The notes below the pieces were generated by a model, which saw only the letters and a list, made by a program, of their open reading frames with translations, did not search any database and was not told the DNA's origin. This document shows positions 1 to 12,394 of a stretch of DNA of 64,000 nucleotides, piece by piece. The position numbers and the translations under genes were made by a program. Numbering within the stretch: the first letter of the stretch is position 1; each line of letters opens with the position of its first letter. The DNA is taken from NCBI RefSeq assembly GCF_963921235.1, contig NC_086097.1:119104001-119168000 (forward strand), in the 5' to 3' direction. Origin of the DNA: Mobula hypostoma (Eukaryota).

Positions 1-339
1 TTACCAGTTAGGGATATCTACTGATGTGTTAAAATATTGAGATCTTCAAGTCAGATTTATTTGTCAAACCTTCTTAGAGTTATTCTTCATTTGCTGCATT
101 TTCTTTCGCAACAGAAGGGGAAAAAAGAATAGGAATTCCATGTAATGAACCCCAGATTCCTTAATGTGATGATGGAAATTTTTGGGTGAGGACAACAGAT
201 GATGCCCAGATCTTTGAACACTACAGCACAGTAATAGATACTTTGGCCCATTTGTCCATGGCAAATGATAATTCTGCCTTGACCCATTGACCTACACCTG
301 GACCATACTCCTCCATTCATCTCCCATCCATGTATCTAT

Positions 340-492
340 GCACACAACATGCTGGAGAAACAAAGCATTTATGGAAAAGAGTAAACAGTTGACATTTTGG
401 GCTGACACCCTTTATCAGGACTGGAAAAAAAAAAGATGAGAAGTCAGACTACAAATGTTGGGGGAGGAAAATCTACAGATTTTCTCCTGTTC
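340..492 (-). mobile_element. Penelope-like element (PLE) terminal-repeat fragment with degenerate hammerhead ribozyme (386-423)
   Basis: Minus strand reads cagtc-CTGATAA-agggtgtcagccc-AAAA-tgtc-aactg, a decayed version of the motif at 4366-4396 and 21884-21921. Confidence 0.65.
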
Positions 493-539
493 GGGTATTT
501 ATCAAAACTTCCCTAAAGTGTCTCAACCAGATTCACCAC

Positions 540-900
540 TGTCTAGTACGGGAATTACAAGGCATCTGACTGCAAGATCCTAAAAAGGATTGTGAGAACT
601 GCTGAGAAGATCATTGGAGTCTTTCTTCCACCCATCCATGATATTCATCAGAACTATATGACCCCCTTATCAGTACCACAAATCCTTTGACTCATTACTA
701 TCAGGCATGAGGTACTATAGCATTAGGACAAGGATTGTTAAGATGGGAAACAGCTTCTTCCCCTAGGCTGTGAGACTACTGAACTCCCTGCCACCGCCAA
801 GATCACATCACATAAGAGAGGCCAATACTGTACAGTGATTTCATTTTTTTAACACGCTGTAAATGCATCTTATTATTTGTTAATTTATTGTTGACAATAT
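540..900 (+). mobile_element. Rex1/Babar-type LINE 3' fragment
   Basis: Degenerate frame YGNYKASDCKILKRIVRTAEKIIG...RMGNSFFP.AVRLLNS, typical of the Rex1/Babar ORF C-terminus. Confidence 0.65.
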
Positions 901-1109
901 TTGCCACCCTTTGAATGAAGAAGTTAACCCAATACATGACCTCTAGTTCAAGTCTCAACCAAGATCAGTGGAAAAAGTCTGCTCGTATTTACCTTACGTA
1001 TACCCTCATAATTTTATCAAATATCCCCTCATCCTCCTACACTTCCCTCTGATTGAAAAACAGTGAGAGCAATGCTAAGCATGCAGGCTGCTTTGCTTTG
1101 TATGATGTT

Positions 1110-1430
1110 GATCTTAAAAGAGTATCATAATTTGTCACATATACCTGTACAGTGAAACATGCAGCAAAAAGCATTGCTTGCATCAAATCAAATCAGCGAG
1201 GATTGTGCTGGGCAGCTTGTAAGAGTCCCCATGCTTCCAGTGCTAACAAAGCATGCCCACAACTCACTATAACCATGACTCTATGTCTTTTGAATATGGG
1301 AGAAAACCGGAGTACCTGGAGGAAATCTATGTGGTCATGGGGAGAACGACAGACTCCTGACACACAGAGGTGGGAATTGAACCCAGATCTTATAGCTAGT
1401 ATTAAGATAATGACTACCATGCTGCCCCAT
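1110..1430 (-). mobile_element. tRNA-derived V-SINE-like element
   Basis: Minus strand has a B-box-like GGGTTCAATTCCC followed by the V-domain-like segment also seen at 56872 and 57715. Confidence 0.55.
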
Positions 1431-2449
1431 CTATGCAACAGCGCTGTCCCATCTTAAGTCCTAAGTGCCTTACTAGCTGCCTTCACCCAAGCAAGTACAC
1501 ATTAACCAATCACTACAGAGACATGTGCCTTCCTAATGATGGAAAACCTTTGGTGTGTGTGGAGATGCTTCAAGATGTCATTTTCCACAAGATACCTGTC
1601 CTCTTAACAGCTCTTGTATTTACTGCATTCGTGTGGCCAGCAAGTTGAGCTGCTAGTTAGTGGTGACCCATTATGTTGATAGAGTGGAACTCAGCAAAGC
1701 TAATGATAGAAAATTTTAAAGGGTAGGTGGTTTCAAACTCGCTTGTCGAAGATGATTGTTGCCTCACACTTTTGTAGGATGAATATAACCTGCTGTTTAT
1801 TAGTCAATATCTGGACTTTGTCCCATACTTGCTGCATGAGAGAGTTGGTAGGTTCATAATCCTAGGTGTTAGCATTTTGAGTGACCTGCCCTGGGCAAGA
1901 AGTAATTATAGATAATACATAGACATAATCATTAAGAAGGCTGCCATCTACTTTCTTAGAAGCTTAAGGAGATTTGGCATGTCTCCAAACAGTACCCAGA
2001 GATTCATTTTCTTGCAGGCATTCATGGTAGAATAAAGAAATACAAATAAATCATTGCAGATGTACACACAAACAAATGTAACCCAGGTTAATTATACCCA
2101 AAGTTGCAATGTTAGAAAGTTCTACCTGCGGAGGGATGAAAATGAGGTTTACTGATTTTAAAGAAAGAGAATTTGAAAAAAACGCTATACAAGGAAAGGG
2201 CGGTCTGGACACAGAACAGACAAGGAGAGAAACACAGCGATGATTAGAAGCTGAAGATACAATGGAGATACAAAAACCGAGGATGAGGAACCCAAGAGAA
2301 AAGATCAGATGGTAATCGAACGTTACCAAGATCAAGATGCACAAACTAGAAGAAGAAAAAGGAGGGAAGGGATGAAGAGAAAGAATGTGAATAAGAAAGA
2401 GAAAGGTGTGAAACAGAGAAGGAATGTATGAAAGAAAAAGAAAGGGGTC

Positions 2450-3056
2450 ATATTATGTCGAGAGAGAGATAAGAGGAAGAAAGGTGTCCAGAGCTGTCAC
2501 AACCACTTACTGCAGTCTCAGCGTGAGTTCCTACAACCACCACGGAGGAGGCTCTAGAACCTGACACTGTTTCACAGCCACAAGTCTCAGCTGCCAAGAA
2601 GAGTGAAACCCCTTGTCAGAAAGATGTTATCCAAGAAGAGGAAAAAATCCTCCACAGTGATGAAATATTTAGCCCTGAATGGGACTATTTAGAGATTTAC
2701 TATGCTGTAGATGCCTGTATATAATAGTTATATTATATAATATACTATTTATATAGTTGAGATGCATTCCACAGTGAGTTGGAGTTTATAACTAAGCAGG
2801 GAGTGTTGTGTATTTAATATTTCATTTATATTTGAGTAATCTTGTATACATAGACATAAGTTGATTAAGCATTCTTGTTTGTTTAAAATATTTCACTACA
2901 GGATATATGTATAAATACATGAATTGCAAATGTAAACATGCTACCAAGTGATACATACTCATCTTGCTAAAAGTAAACTCGAAGTTAGACCTGCATTTCA
3001 AACTTCCATGTCTTCCTTTGAACTAGTTAAATGTTATAAAGTTACCAAACATAACA
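2450..3056 (+). mobile_element. Gypsy retrotransposon 3' end: integrase tail, polypurine tract (PPT) and 3' LTR (2804-3056)
   Basis: Degenerate integrase tail resembling RxYPxRxxNPPQ near 2620-2670; purine tract AAGCAGGGAG directly before TGTTGTG; LTR ends CATAACA. Confidence 0.6.
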
Positions 3057-5502
3057 GGTATGACCTGTACAAAAGGGATGGGTAACCTAAACACGAGGGG
3101 GCCCAATATCCTTGTAGGCAGGTTTGCTAGAACTGTTGGAGAGGTTTCAATCTAAATTGGCAAGGGCTTGGAAAACTGAGTGAAAGGCTGAGAATGGGGC
3201 AGTTTGTATACAAGCAGAGGCAGCATGTAGTGAGACTGTCAGGAAGGAGACACAGATGGTAGGGCAAAATTGCAGTCGGTGGAATGAGTTGCAGTGTAAC
3301 GGGGGACAAAATCGAGAAGGTTGATGAATGCAGGCCTGAAGGTGTTACATTTAAATGCATGCAATATATGAAATAAGGTCGATAATGTTTTAGCGTAGTT
3401 AGAGATTTGTAGGTATGACATCACTGAACTGTAGCTGAAAGGAGATTATAATAATGAGCTTAATATCCAAGGAAACACATTGTATCAAAAGAATAGGCAG
3501 GAAGGCAGAGAGGACGGCATGGGTCTGTTGGTAAAAATTAAATCCTTTGGAAGAGGTGACATACGATCTGAAGAATTAGAATCATTGTGGGTAGAGTTAA
3601 GAAACCGCAAGGGTGAAAAAACCCTGACGGGAGTTATATTCTGAACAGTGGTATGGTCTACAAATTACAAAGGGAAACAGAAAAGGCATGTCAAAAGGGC
3701 AACGTTACAATAGTCATGATCGATTTCAATATGCAGGTAGGTTGCAAAAATCAGATAGGGTCTTGGGAAGCTGAATGGTCTGAGGTAGATAAATCACATA
3801 GACCAGATAGTCGACACCCCAGGGTTCTGAACGATGTGGCTGGAGAGATTGTGGAGGCATTAGTAATGATCTTTCAAGAATCAATAGATTCTGGCAGAGA
3901 TCTGGAGTACTAGAAAATTGCAAATGCCACTCCACCCTTCAGGAAGGGAGGGAGGCAGTAAAAAGGAAATTATAGACCAGTTAGCCTGACATCAGTGGTT
4001 GGGGTAGGTGCTGATTGTTAAGGGTGAGATTTTGAGGTACTTGGAGGTACATAATAAAATAAGCCAAAGTCAGCATGATTTCCTTAAGGGAAAATCTTGC
4101 CTGACAAATATGTTTGAATTCTTTGAAGAAATAATAAAATAAATGACAAAGGAAAATTGTTTGTTGTTGTGTAATTGGGTATTCAGAAGGCTTTTGACAA
4201 TGTGCTGCGTCTGAGGATGCTTAGCAAAATAAGAGGCCACGGTATTATAGGAAAGATACTAGCATAGATAGAGTCACATACATCAAAGTTGCTGGTGAAC
4301 GCAGCAGGCCAAGCAGCATCTATAGGAAGAGGTGCAGTCGACGTTTCAGGCCGAGACCCTTCGTCGACGAAGGGTCTCGGCCTGAAACGTCGACTGCACC
4401 TCTTCCTATAGATGCTGCTTGGCCTGCTGCGTTCACCAGCAACTTTGATGTATGTAGCATAGATAGAGTGTTGGCTGATTGGTGGGAGGCAAAGAGTGGG
4501 AATAAAGCAAGCCTTCTCCGATTGGTTGCCGGTGTCTAGTGGTTTTCTGCAGGGTTTGTGTTTGGAGCCACTTCTTTTTGTGATATATGTCAATGATTTC
4601 AATAATGGTATAGATGGCTTTGTGGCCAAGTTTGCAGATGACACAAAGCTAGGTGGAGGGGCAGGTAGGGTGGCTGTAGAAGAATTTAGACAGATTAGGA
4701 GAATGGACAAAAGTGACAGAGCGAAATCCGTGTCGGAAATTGTATGGTCATTCATTTTGGCAGAAGGAATAAAAGCATAGTTTTTTTTCTAAAGGGGAAG
4801 AAAATTCAAAATCACAAGTGAAAGGGACTTTGGAGTCCTCATGCAGGATTCCCTAAAAGTTAACTTGCAGATTTAGTCGGTAGTGAGGAAGGCAAATGCA
4901 ATATTAGCATTCATTCGAGAGAACTGGAATATATATAAAAATATGCAATGCTGAGGCTTTATAAGGCACTGGAGAGGCCTCACTTGGTCCAATCTGAGCA
5001 GATTGCCCCTTATCTAAGTAAGGATGTAAAGATGCATTAACATTAGAGAGGGTTCAGGGGAAGCTCTCAGGGTTATCATATGAGGAGCATTTGATGGCTC
5101 TGGGCCTGTACGCACTGGACTTTAGAAGAATGAAGGGGGCCTCTCAATGAAACATATAAAAAGTCGAAGGGCCTAGATAGAGTGGATGTTGAGAGCATGT
5201 TCCTATAGTGACGGAGTCTAGGACAAGAGAGCATAGTCTCAGAATAGAAGGACACCTATTTAGAATGGCTATGAGGAGGAATTTCTTTAGCCAGAGGGAG
5301 ATGAACCTGTGGAATTCATTACCACAGATGACTGTGGAAGCTAGGTCATTGGGTGTATTTAAGGCAGAGGTTGATAGGTTCTTGATTAGTCATGGTGTGA
5401 AAGATCATAGGGAGAAGGCTGGAGAATGGAATTGAAAGAAAAATGGATCAGACATGATGAAATGGTGGAGCAGATTCAATGGGACAAGTGGTCTAATATG
5501 CC
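3057..5502 (+). mobile_element. CR1 LINE, decayed (ORF1 end, APE endonuclease, RT, 3' UTR), with internal deletions
   Basis: Frames IVMIDFNMQV, KGNYRPVSLTSVVG, LFVIYVNDFNNGIDGFVAKFADDTKLGG, RRNFFSQREMNLWNSLP; many stops and frameshifts. Confidence 0.9.
4276..4455. mobile_element. Perfect 180-bp palindrome of PLE terminal-repeat sequence inserted in CR1 ORF2 with a 14-bp TSD
   Basis: 4276-4365 is the exact reverse complement of 4366-4455. AGCATAGATAGAGT is duplicated at 4261-4274 and 4456-4469. Each arm contains GACGA-agggtctcggcct-GAAA-cgtc-gactg. Confidence 0.92.
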
Positions 5503-6699
5503 TACAACATACAAACCAAGACTGTCAAACAAGCAATGTGCAAACGAAAACAAACCGTGCTAATACAAATAATAAACAATTAATGTAATAAATAAGTAAA
5601 TGATAAATAATATTTGACTTGGCCAACAACAGTGGTGTTGCCAGCAGACAGCTTTGTGGTGTACCTTTGCTGATGGTGATCATAAAAGACTTGTTTTTGC
5701 TAATCCAAACTGACTGTTCTGTAAATTTTCGGTTTTAGTAGCCCAATATGGGAGATGCTGCCAACTGTGCCTATGTGTCATCTATTAATGAAGTTTCCTT
5801 TATTTTTGCTTTACATGTCTGAGTGTCCCTATGCAACCCGATTTTATTCCTTCAGATTTTGTGAAGTCCATTCAGTACTGAACAGTTATCACATGTTTGA
5901 AAACTCCAAAATGACTGATGTGCTACTGCACAACAATTAGCTGGTCAATTCAGTGCCTATGTTAGTTAGCTGTGGCCTGAAACCTAGCACCCATTAATAT
6001 AAAATAGTAAGGTTAATTTATGAGAATGCTCCATATAAACAAGTTAGCCCTTCTGGCAAGTGTTTCAATCAGTGTCACTGACATATTTTGAAAGGGTCAG
6101 GCATTGGCCCTTCCTTCACTTATTTGGAGATTTATGTCTGTGTGTTTGGTTTCTGTCCCCTTCAGCCTTAATTGATGAACTACACTCATTTGTTCCAATA
6201 CAGTGCCAGTTTGCCCTGATTTAGTGATTTAGCATAACAACAAATTTGTCAAATAAGCCTTTGTTTTCTATGCAAATTGCTATTTGTTACAATTTGGAGC
6301 GGTTTGAGGATATCTATGAGCTTTCCTGCATTTTGTACTGCAGCTTTTCAAAATTCAGTAGCTTTGAAATACATGATTCTTTTATAATACATATGGAGGC
6401 AATACATTTTCAGTGTTCTGTCATTTTCTTCTCCATCTTTAGTGGAAAGTCCATAGGAATTATAAAAGAATGGTGGAAGCACAATTTCTGAAAATGTTCT
6501 ATAAACTCAAAAGTGAATGGAGAGAATCTCCGTGGAACTTGATACCAAATATTTACTTCATATAAAACTTTTCATAAAATGTAGAGTGTAGAATTCAGCC
6601 ATTCTGTCCATCTGTCTCAAGACTACTAGATCCAAAGCAGTTAGTTTTTATAAGTCATCAGAATCAACTCCAATTAACACAATCCACCTTTCTCACCAC

Positions 6700-7075
6700 C
6701 ACTACATGGCAGATTTATTTTCCATCTCAACCCCACTCTCCTGCCTTCTCCCTGTAACCTTTGATGCCCTTGCTAATCAAATATCTATCAATCTCCACTT
6801 TAAATATATCCAGAAACATGGTCTCCACAGCCATCTGTGGCAATGAATTCCACAGATACACTACACTCTCCCTAAATAAATTCATCCTTATCTTTTTTCT
6901 GAAGGGTTGTTCTTCTATTCTGAGACTATATTCTTTGGCCCTAGATTCTCCCACTTTTGGGAACATCCACTCCACAGCCTTTCAATATTCAATATATTTT
7001 AATGAGATCCCTTCCCCTTATTCTGCTGAACTTCAATGAGTACAAGCCTAAAGCCACCAAATGCTGTTCATACAT
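6700..7075 (-). mobile_element. CR1 LINE 3' fragment
   Basis: ORF 6727-6975 (…RESVVYLWNSLPQMAVE…FKVEIDRYLISKGIKGYREKAGEWG) matches the CR1 ORF2 C-terminus at 5208-5435. Confidence 0.85.
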
Positions 7076-7156
7076 GTTTAATTCTGATGTTTTTAATCCA
7101 AGGTTCTTTCTGAAGTAAGAAAGAGGCATAAAGCTTTTTGCTTCACAATTGATTTA

Positions 7157-7448
7157 AAGGCATCCGTTAGTCTTGCGAGACCATGGATCTGCGTCTGGAA
7201 AGTCTTCACTCTCCAGGGCATAGGCCTGGGCAAGGTTGTATGGAAGACCAGCAGTTGCCCATGCTGCAAGTCTCCCCTCTCCACGACACCAATGTTGTCT
7301 AAGGGAAGGACACCAGTGTTGTCACAGAGCAATGTGTGATTAAGTGCCTTGCTCAAGGACACAACACATTCCCTTGGCTGGGGCTCGAACTCACGACCTT
7401 CAGGTAGCTAGTGCAATGCCTTAACCATTTGGCCACGTGCCCGCACAA
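7157..7448 (-). mobile_element. tRNA-head CORE-like SINE with 13-bp TSD
   Basis: A box TGGCCAAATGG, B box GTTCGAGCC, CORE-like GTGTCCTTGAGCAAGGCACTTAA; TSD CACAATTGATTTA at 7144-7156 and 7449-7461. Confidence 0.85.
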
Positions 7449-7750
7449 CACAATTGATTTATTAAGCACTAATGGTACAAAGAAAATTGGAAAAGAACAG
7501 TAACAGGGACCTAAGAATAGTAGTAGAAGGGAAAAAGGAAGCAAGTGTGGCTGGGCAGCCTATTCAGCGTTTTTTATACGCCATAGATAATAAACGTTAT
7601 ACTAAAATTTGTAGAAAAGATAGCTCTATCCAAATAATGCAATACCAGCAGACGCTTCCAGAATCAACAGAATTGTAACCACTGGGACACACAGAACAAT
7701 TGCATATACATACTGTGACCATTAGGAAACATACTAAACAGTTATATATA

Positions 7751-7820
7751 TAGTACTGTACAAAAGTCTCAGGCATCCTAGCTAGATGTATATGTGCCTA
7801 AGAATTTTACACTTTTGCAC
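7751..7820. mobile_element. Small Tc1/mariner-like MITE
   Basis: Imperfect inverted repeat TGTACAAAAGTCTCAGGCA…TGCCTAAGAATTTTACA, next to a TA run. Confidence 0.5.
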
Positions 7821-8039
7821 ACAAACAGGCAATTAATTGCTAAGCTGCAAAGATAATGATAATTAAACAGTCTAATTAACAATTCCCCGCCCCTCCCACC
7901 TTGATTCAAAATCACAACTTTAGAATCATTACAACTGAAAATTCAGAGGCAGATAAACTTGTGGTATCTACATTAATCATAAAATAATCAAAAAATACCT
8001 AACTTAGGAAATACCAAAAGCTATATATTCTTCAAAATA

Positions 8040-9336
8040 TGCATAAGAATATGTCATAATTAGATAGATTAAAAGGCACAATTATGTGAGTTTGAACTAC
8101 TCTATTAATGATCACCTTTATACAAATAAAAAAGATGTGAATTATCGATAAGGCATATCAGGACAATTAATATGACTCTTAATATTGAGTAACCCCAGCT
8201 CCTGAGATCCAATCAAAGAATCCCATCAATCAGACTGACGTATGTATTTTAGATGATTCTTCACCAATATGATCAGACAAAATAGTTATGTCTTCAGATA
8301 TGTCAGGTATATAATACAGCGCCCGTTGCCTACATTTCCCCATCACCACTTAACTGCGAGGAGAAGAACTAACGCCATACGATTTTGAAGAACCATCTCA
8401 TACATGGTGACTATTTCTGTTGTTACTTTTCCCAAGGCATCAACAGCATCATTGCTGACTCTTTCTAAGGCTGCAGCAACATTTTTATTCTCTCTTAGAC
8501 TCCTTGCAATATGATAAAATGGGAATAAAGTTGATGCAAAATAATCTCCTTCTGAAGTCTCTTTTACCTCTGGACTCAGAGGTAAAGGTAAGGTTTGTGT
8601 ATGTCTCATGGCAGGAAGAACATACTCCAAATAACAAATCCTAACCAATTACGTGGTAGTGAGGTGTAGGCTCCATTACCACACATAAACTACGTATTTT
8701 TCCCTGATATTTAGACCATTCCTTATTATTCAACAGAAGCCTAGTTGAATAGAAATATTTTTCTGATGGGATGTTGCCAAAGAGAATTTCAGAGTCACTA
8801 GAACAATGTAAAGCAAAATTGTATAAATTATGCCCTATTGGAGTGATGCCATCTGAACTCAAGCAAAAGGTAGCTTTTATAGTGAACACATAGAAATATT
8901 TAATAGCTTTTTCATGAACAATATATATGCAGTTATAGAGATATCCCAGGACATGATATGAATAGGGTCAGATATGATATGATTCCCTAAATAATTCTGA
9001 TTATAATTACATCATCTTGTTTAAGACAGTTCGTGTAGGGCATAATCATTGTATATTTAGGTCTCCCTTGGGTATTAGTGTCAATATCGCCATTGCTGAA
9101 ATGTTGAAGTAAGAGGGCTCATATTTGATCTGAATCTGCAGGAATGCTGAGCATTGCTGAATATTTTGAAGTGTGCAGTATATATTGACATACCCAACAG
9201 CTATGGCATTAACAGCATCAGCAAATTCATGTGATACACACAATTATACATTGTGAAACATCTCAATAGGTACATTGTGAGTACGGAAGAATGGCAAAGA
9301 TATAATAATAACAAATAATACTGGAGTAAACTTCAT
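8040..9336 (-). pseudogene. env: Retroviral env, gamma-type TM, disrupted
   Basis: Hydrophobic start MKFTPVLFVIISLPF (ATG at 9336); furin-like RGKR at 8560-8571; heptad region then MVLQNRMALVLLLA, then LYIPD and a hydrophobic anchor; multiple stops and frameshifts. Confidence 0.82.
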
Positions 9337-9429
9337 AATGTCCAGCAAATGTTGACTCTATTTGAGGTCTTCTAGCTGGTTAATAATTTTCTCACTGTAG
9401 CCCAGTAGCATAGGCCCAGGATCAGAGGT

Positions 9430-11370
9430 TACTGGCAGATTAACAACGCTCTTGTTGTCCTCACCAGGTACCACTTTCGCACTTTCGTGGCTGGTGTGTA
9501 TCCACCTTTACCTTCGACTTTCACCATTGAGTTGGTAATTAACAGCACCTCATAATGATCTTCCCACCAAGCTCCCCGTGGATTCTTGTGTGTTTTTTTA
9601 ATTAAGACCTGCTCACCAGAAATCAGCATGTATCCTCCCTCTGTTGGATCATTCCACTGCAAGCTGCAGAAACCTGTTGAGAAGCAGATTGGACAGTCTG
9701 GGTTAATTTCATACTATAGTCGACTAAACAGTCTGCCGAAATGTGCAAATCAGCCTCTCTGAGATCAAGGGCTTCCAGCAGTGACATAGTATGACCTGCT
9801 ACTGCCTCGAATAGATGTAGGTTTCTTGCTTGGGGTTGCTCTGATGCGGCATAAACGCATAGAAAGAGCTGTAGGTTCTTCATCATGATACTTAGTCAGT
9901 CATTGTTTGATGGTTTCAATTTTTTCACTTGACTTGTCTGATGACTCTGGATGATGTGGACAATGAAAAGACCATTCAATTTTCATCAGTTGACATAATT
10001 CCTGACAAACAGTCCCAGTGAAATGTGTTCCTTGGTCAGAATCAATATGACATGGCAAGCCCCATTTAGGAATATAATCCTTGATCAGAGCTTTTGGTGT
10101 GTGTGTGTGGCAGTCACTTTTTTGCTGGAATAGCTTCTGCCCATTCTGAAAACTTGTCTAATATTATCAGTACATCTCAGTATCCTTTGACACTTTGGCA
10201 AGGTAACGTAGTCCATTTGTAAGTGTAAAAATGGACTAAGTGAGGCAGGAGCACTTAATTGTGGTAGTTTTTCCACTGCTCTGGATTTGTTTTCTGGCAC
10301 GTCATGCATCGTTCAAATGTTTGCTGAGCCTATGCCCTGACCTTTGGATTCCACCACCAGTGGGAGAATCTACTAATCATCTTTTCCATTCCAATATATT
10401 CTAGGGTGTGTACCTGCTGTGCCAGATAAGAAAGCAATGTAGTTGGAGCTACTAGTCTATGACTAGTGCGATATCTCCATGCTCCATCACTGTTTAACCT
10501 CCCACCATTCTCCATCTAGAACCACTTTTCCTGGTTAGAGGATTGGAACTTCTATGCTCGCCTGTGATACAGAGTACAACTTCATTTCCATAATTCGTGT
10601 TGTGAGTTCACTGCATATGTTCTTGGTATTTCTTCCAATTCTTTGACCTTTTTAGCTTGTTTTCTTCCTTCTTGTGCTGCCGTTTCTGCAATTTCATCCA
10701 CAAATGCATTTCCATGGCTTTCTATGGCAGTCATTTTAGAGCTGCTTTTAATAAACTTTGATACTATAACTTCTGATGGCAGTTGTATAACATCAATGAG
10801 TTCTTGTAATAGTTGAATATTATTGATTGGGGTTCCTACAACCATAAGAAACTTCCATTGTCTCACAAGTCTCCACAGTCATGAACAACTCCAAAAGCAT
10901 ATCGAGAATCAGTGTAGATATTAGCTGATCTTCTTTCTGCCATCGTACAGGCTTCAATAAGAGCTTTCATTTCTGTCTGTTGTACAGAGGTGTCAGGATC
11001 CATGCTTCCTGATGCCAGCATTTCAGTTTCAGAAACAATGGTTCATCTAATCATTCAAATCCCTTTCTCAACCATTGAGCAACCATCAGTGTACACATAT
11101 CTGGCAGATTAATAACCAACAGTGTGCTGTCAGTCTTTGTGCCTTGTGTTAAGGCTGCAATCATGTGTTTCTCTCTGACAAACGGTTTACCTGTGTCAGG
11201 AATTCTTAATACAGGTGCAGTACACAACATCATCTTTAAAGTCCGAAATGCTTTCAGTTGTTCTTCATTAAGAGTTATAGGTTCATCTGAGCGCTTATTG
11301 TCCGTCAGCAGGTTGTTGAGTGGTTGAGCAATAGTTGTTGGATTAGTTGCTAATATATTGATTAGCAACC
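9430..11370 (-). pseudogene. pol: Retroviral pol remnant: RT connection, RNase H, integrase
   Basis: KAFRTLKMMLCTAPVLRIPDTGKPF; IYTDSRYAFGVVH; HGNAFVDEIA; PFLHLQMDY; IPKWGLPCHIDSDQGTHFTG; WEDHYEVLLITNSMVKVEGK. Confidence 0.9.
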
Positions 11371-11379
11371 CAGTAATCC

Positions 11380-12107
11380 AACGTCAGTCTCCTTTCATAG
11401 GTTCCATCTTCAGTCCTACCTGTCTTCACTCCCTTGGACTTTATTGGTGTGAGCTGTGACATGGATAGCTTAGTTCATCACTGTCAGCCTCACTTGAGTT
11501 GTGAGGGGCCTCTGTAGATTCCATGTTCTTCCTGTAGATCTTCGGAGTTCAGACGATTTTGCTGTCTCAGAGGACTGTCCAATGTAGGGGATGTAGGGGG
11601 TGTTTCCCAGGGAGGAATGTCAATATTGGGACCACATACTGGGCTGACAGGACCATCCACCTGAATTCCCTGCTCTGCTTTTTGATATTACCTCAGTCTG
11701 CTTTGAAGCTCCGTCCACTGTACTTTGATTCTATTAGATTTATCACGTCTTTCAGCTCATCTGGTTAATGCAGAGATTTGCTCTTTAGACTTTTTACTGT
11801 GCGTTTCGTACAGTTTTTGTAGCTAATCACGTGTTTCACATTCCTTTCCTAATTGATTGGTAAACGAATTTATTCACCCCATTAACTCTTTCATTTGCTC
11901 ACATATTCGATCTAATCAACCACATGGTCTTATCTTTAGCTCACACCTTCCAGGATTTTCCTTTCCCTGAGGCATTCTCTGGATCTTATCACATTCCTTC
12001 TTAATAAACTTAACATTTTTGGTATATTTCATCTGGATTTTTTCATTAATTTTATCAAACTCAGATATTTTATTCAGGTAAGAGCTCGGTTTCACGACTT
12101 TCAACAT
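11380..12107 (-). pseudogene. Putative N-terminal gag remnant (capsid, protease and RT core appear deleted)
   Basis: Lies between leader and pol; Lys-rich start MLKVVKPSS… and Pro-rich segment PNIDIPPWETPPTSPTLDSP; no diagnostic capsid motif seen. Confidence 0.4.
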
Positions 12108-12394
12108 TATCTTAAATTAAATATACTTTCTATTACTTTGACTGCAATCTCAAAATATCATTAGATTGCCACTGAAATTTTAATGGGTTTTCCTACAACT
12201 AAAGTTTTCTAATGCATTCCGCTGACTGTTATGTAATACACCCCACCTGCTTGATTGTATGTAATTTTTTTAAAACTCTACTGGCTTGCACTTTTTTCTC
12301 CCTCTGGAGGTACTGTTCATTTTGTATGTAGTTTGTTTGTATGAACATCACTCCCTGCATGTAATCTGCCTTTTGTATCATTTCCTGCCTGGGC

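Larger units (their letters stand above)
7085..7881 (-). repeat. ERV 3' LTR, interrupted by a SINE and a Tc1-like MITE
   Basis: Minus strand starts TGTTAATT just after PPT GGTGGGAGGGGCGGGGAA, contains TATAAAAAA and AATAAA, and is collinear with 13111-13485. Confidence 0.8.

Noticed and set aside
4183..4755. 190-aa minus-strand ORF
   Set aside because: Antisense of CR1 RT plus the palindromic insertion.
6259..6277. Sox-Oct composite site CTTTGTT-ttct-ATGCAAAT
   Set aside because: Non-canonical spacing in AT-rich DNA; cannot be supported without conservation data.
7360..7448. tRNA gene (also near 57715 and 59244)
   Set aside because: A and B boxes continue into SINE bodies; these are SINE heads.
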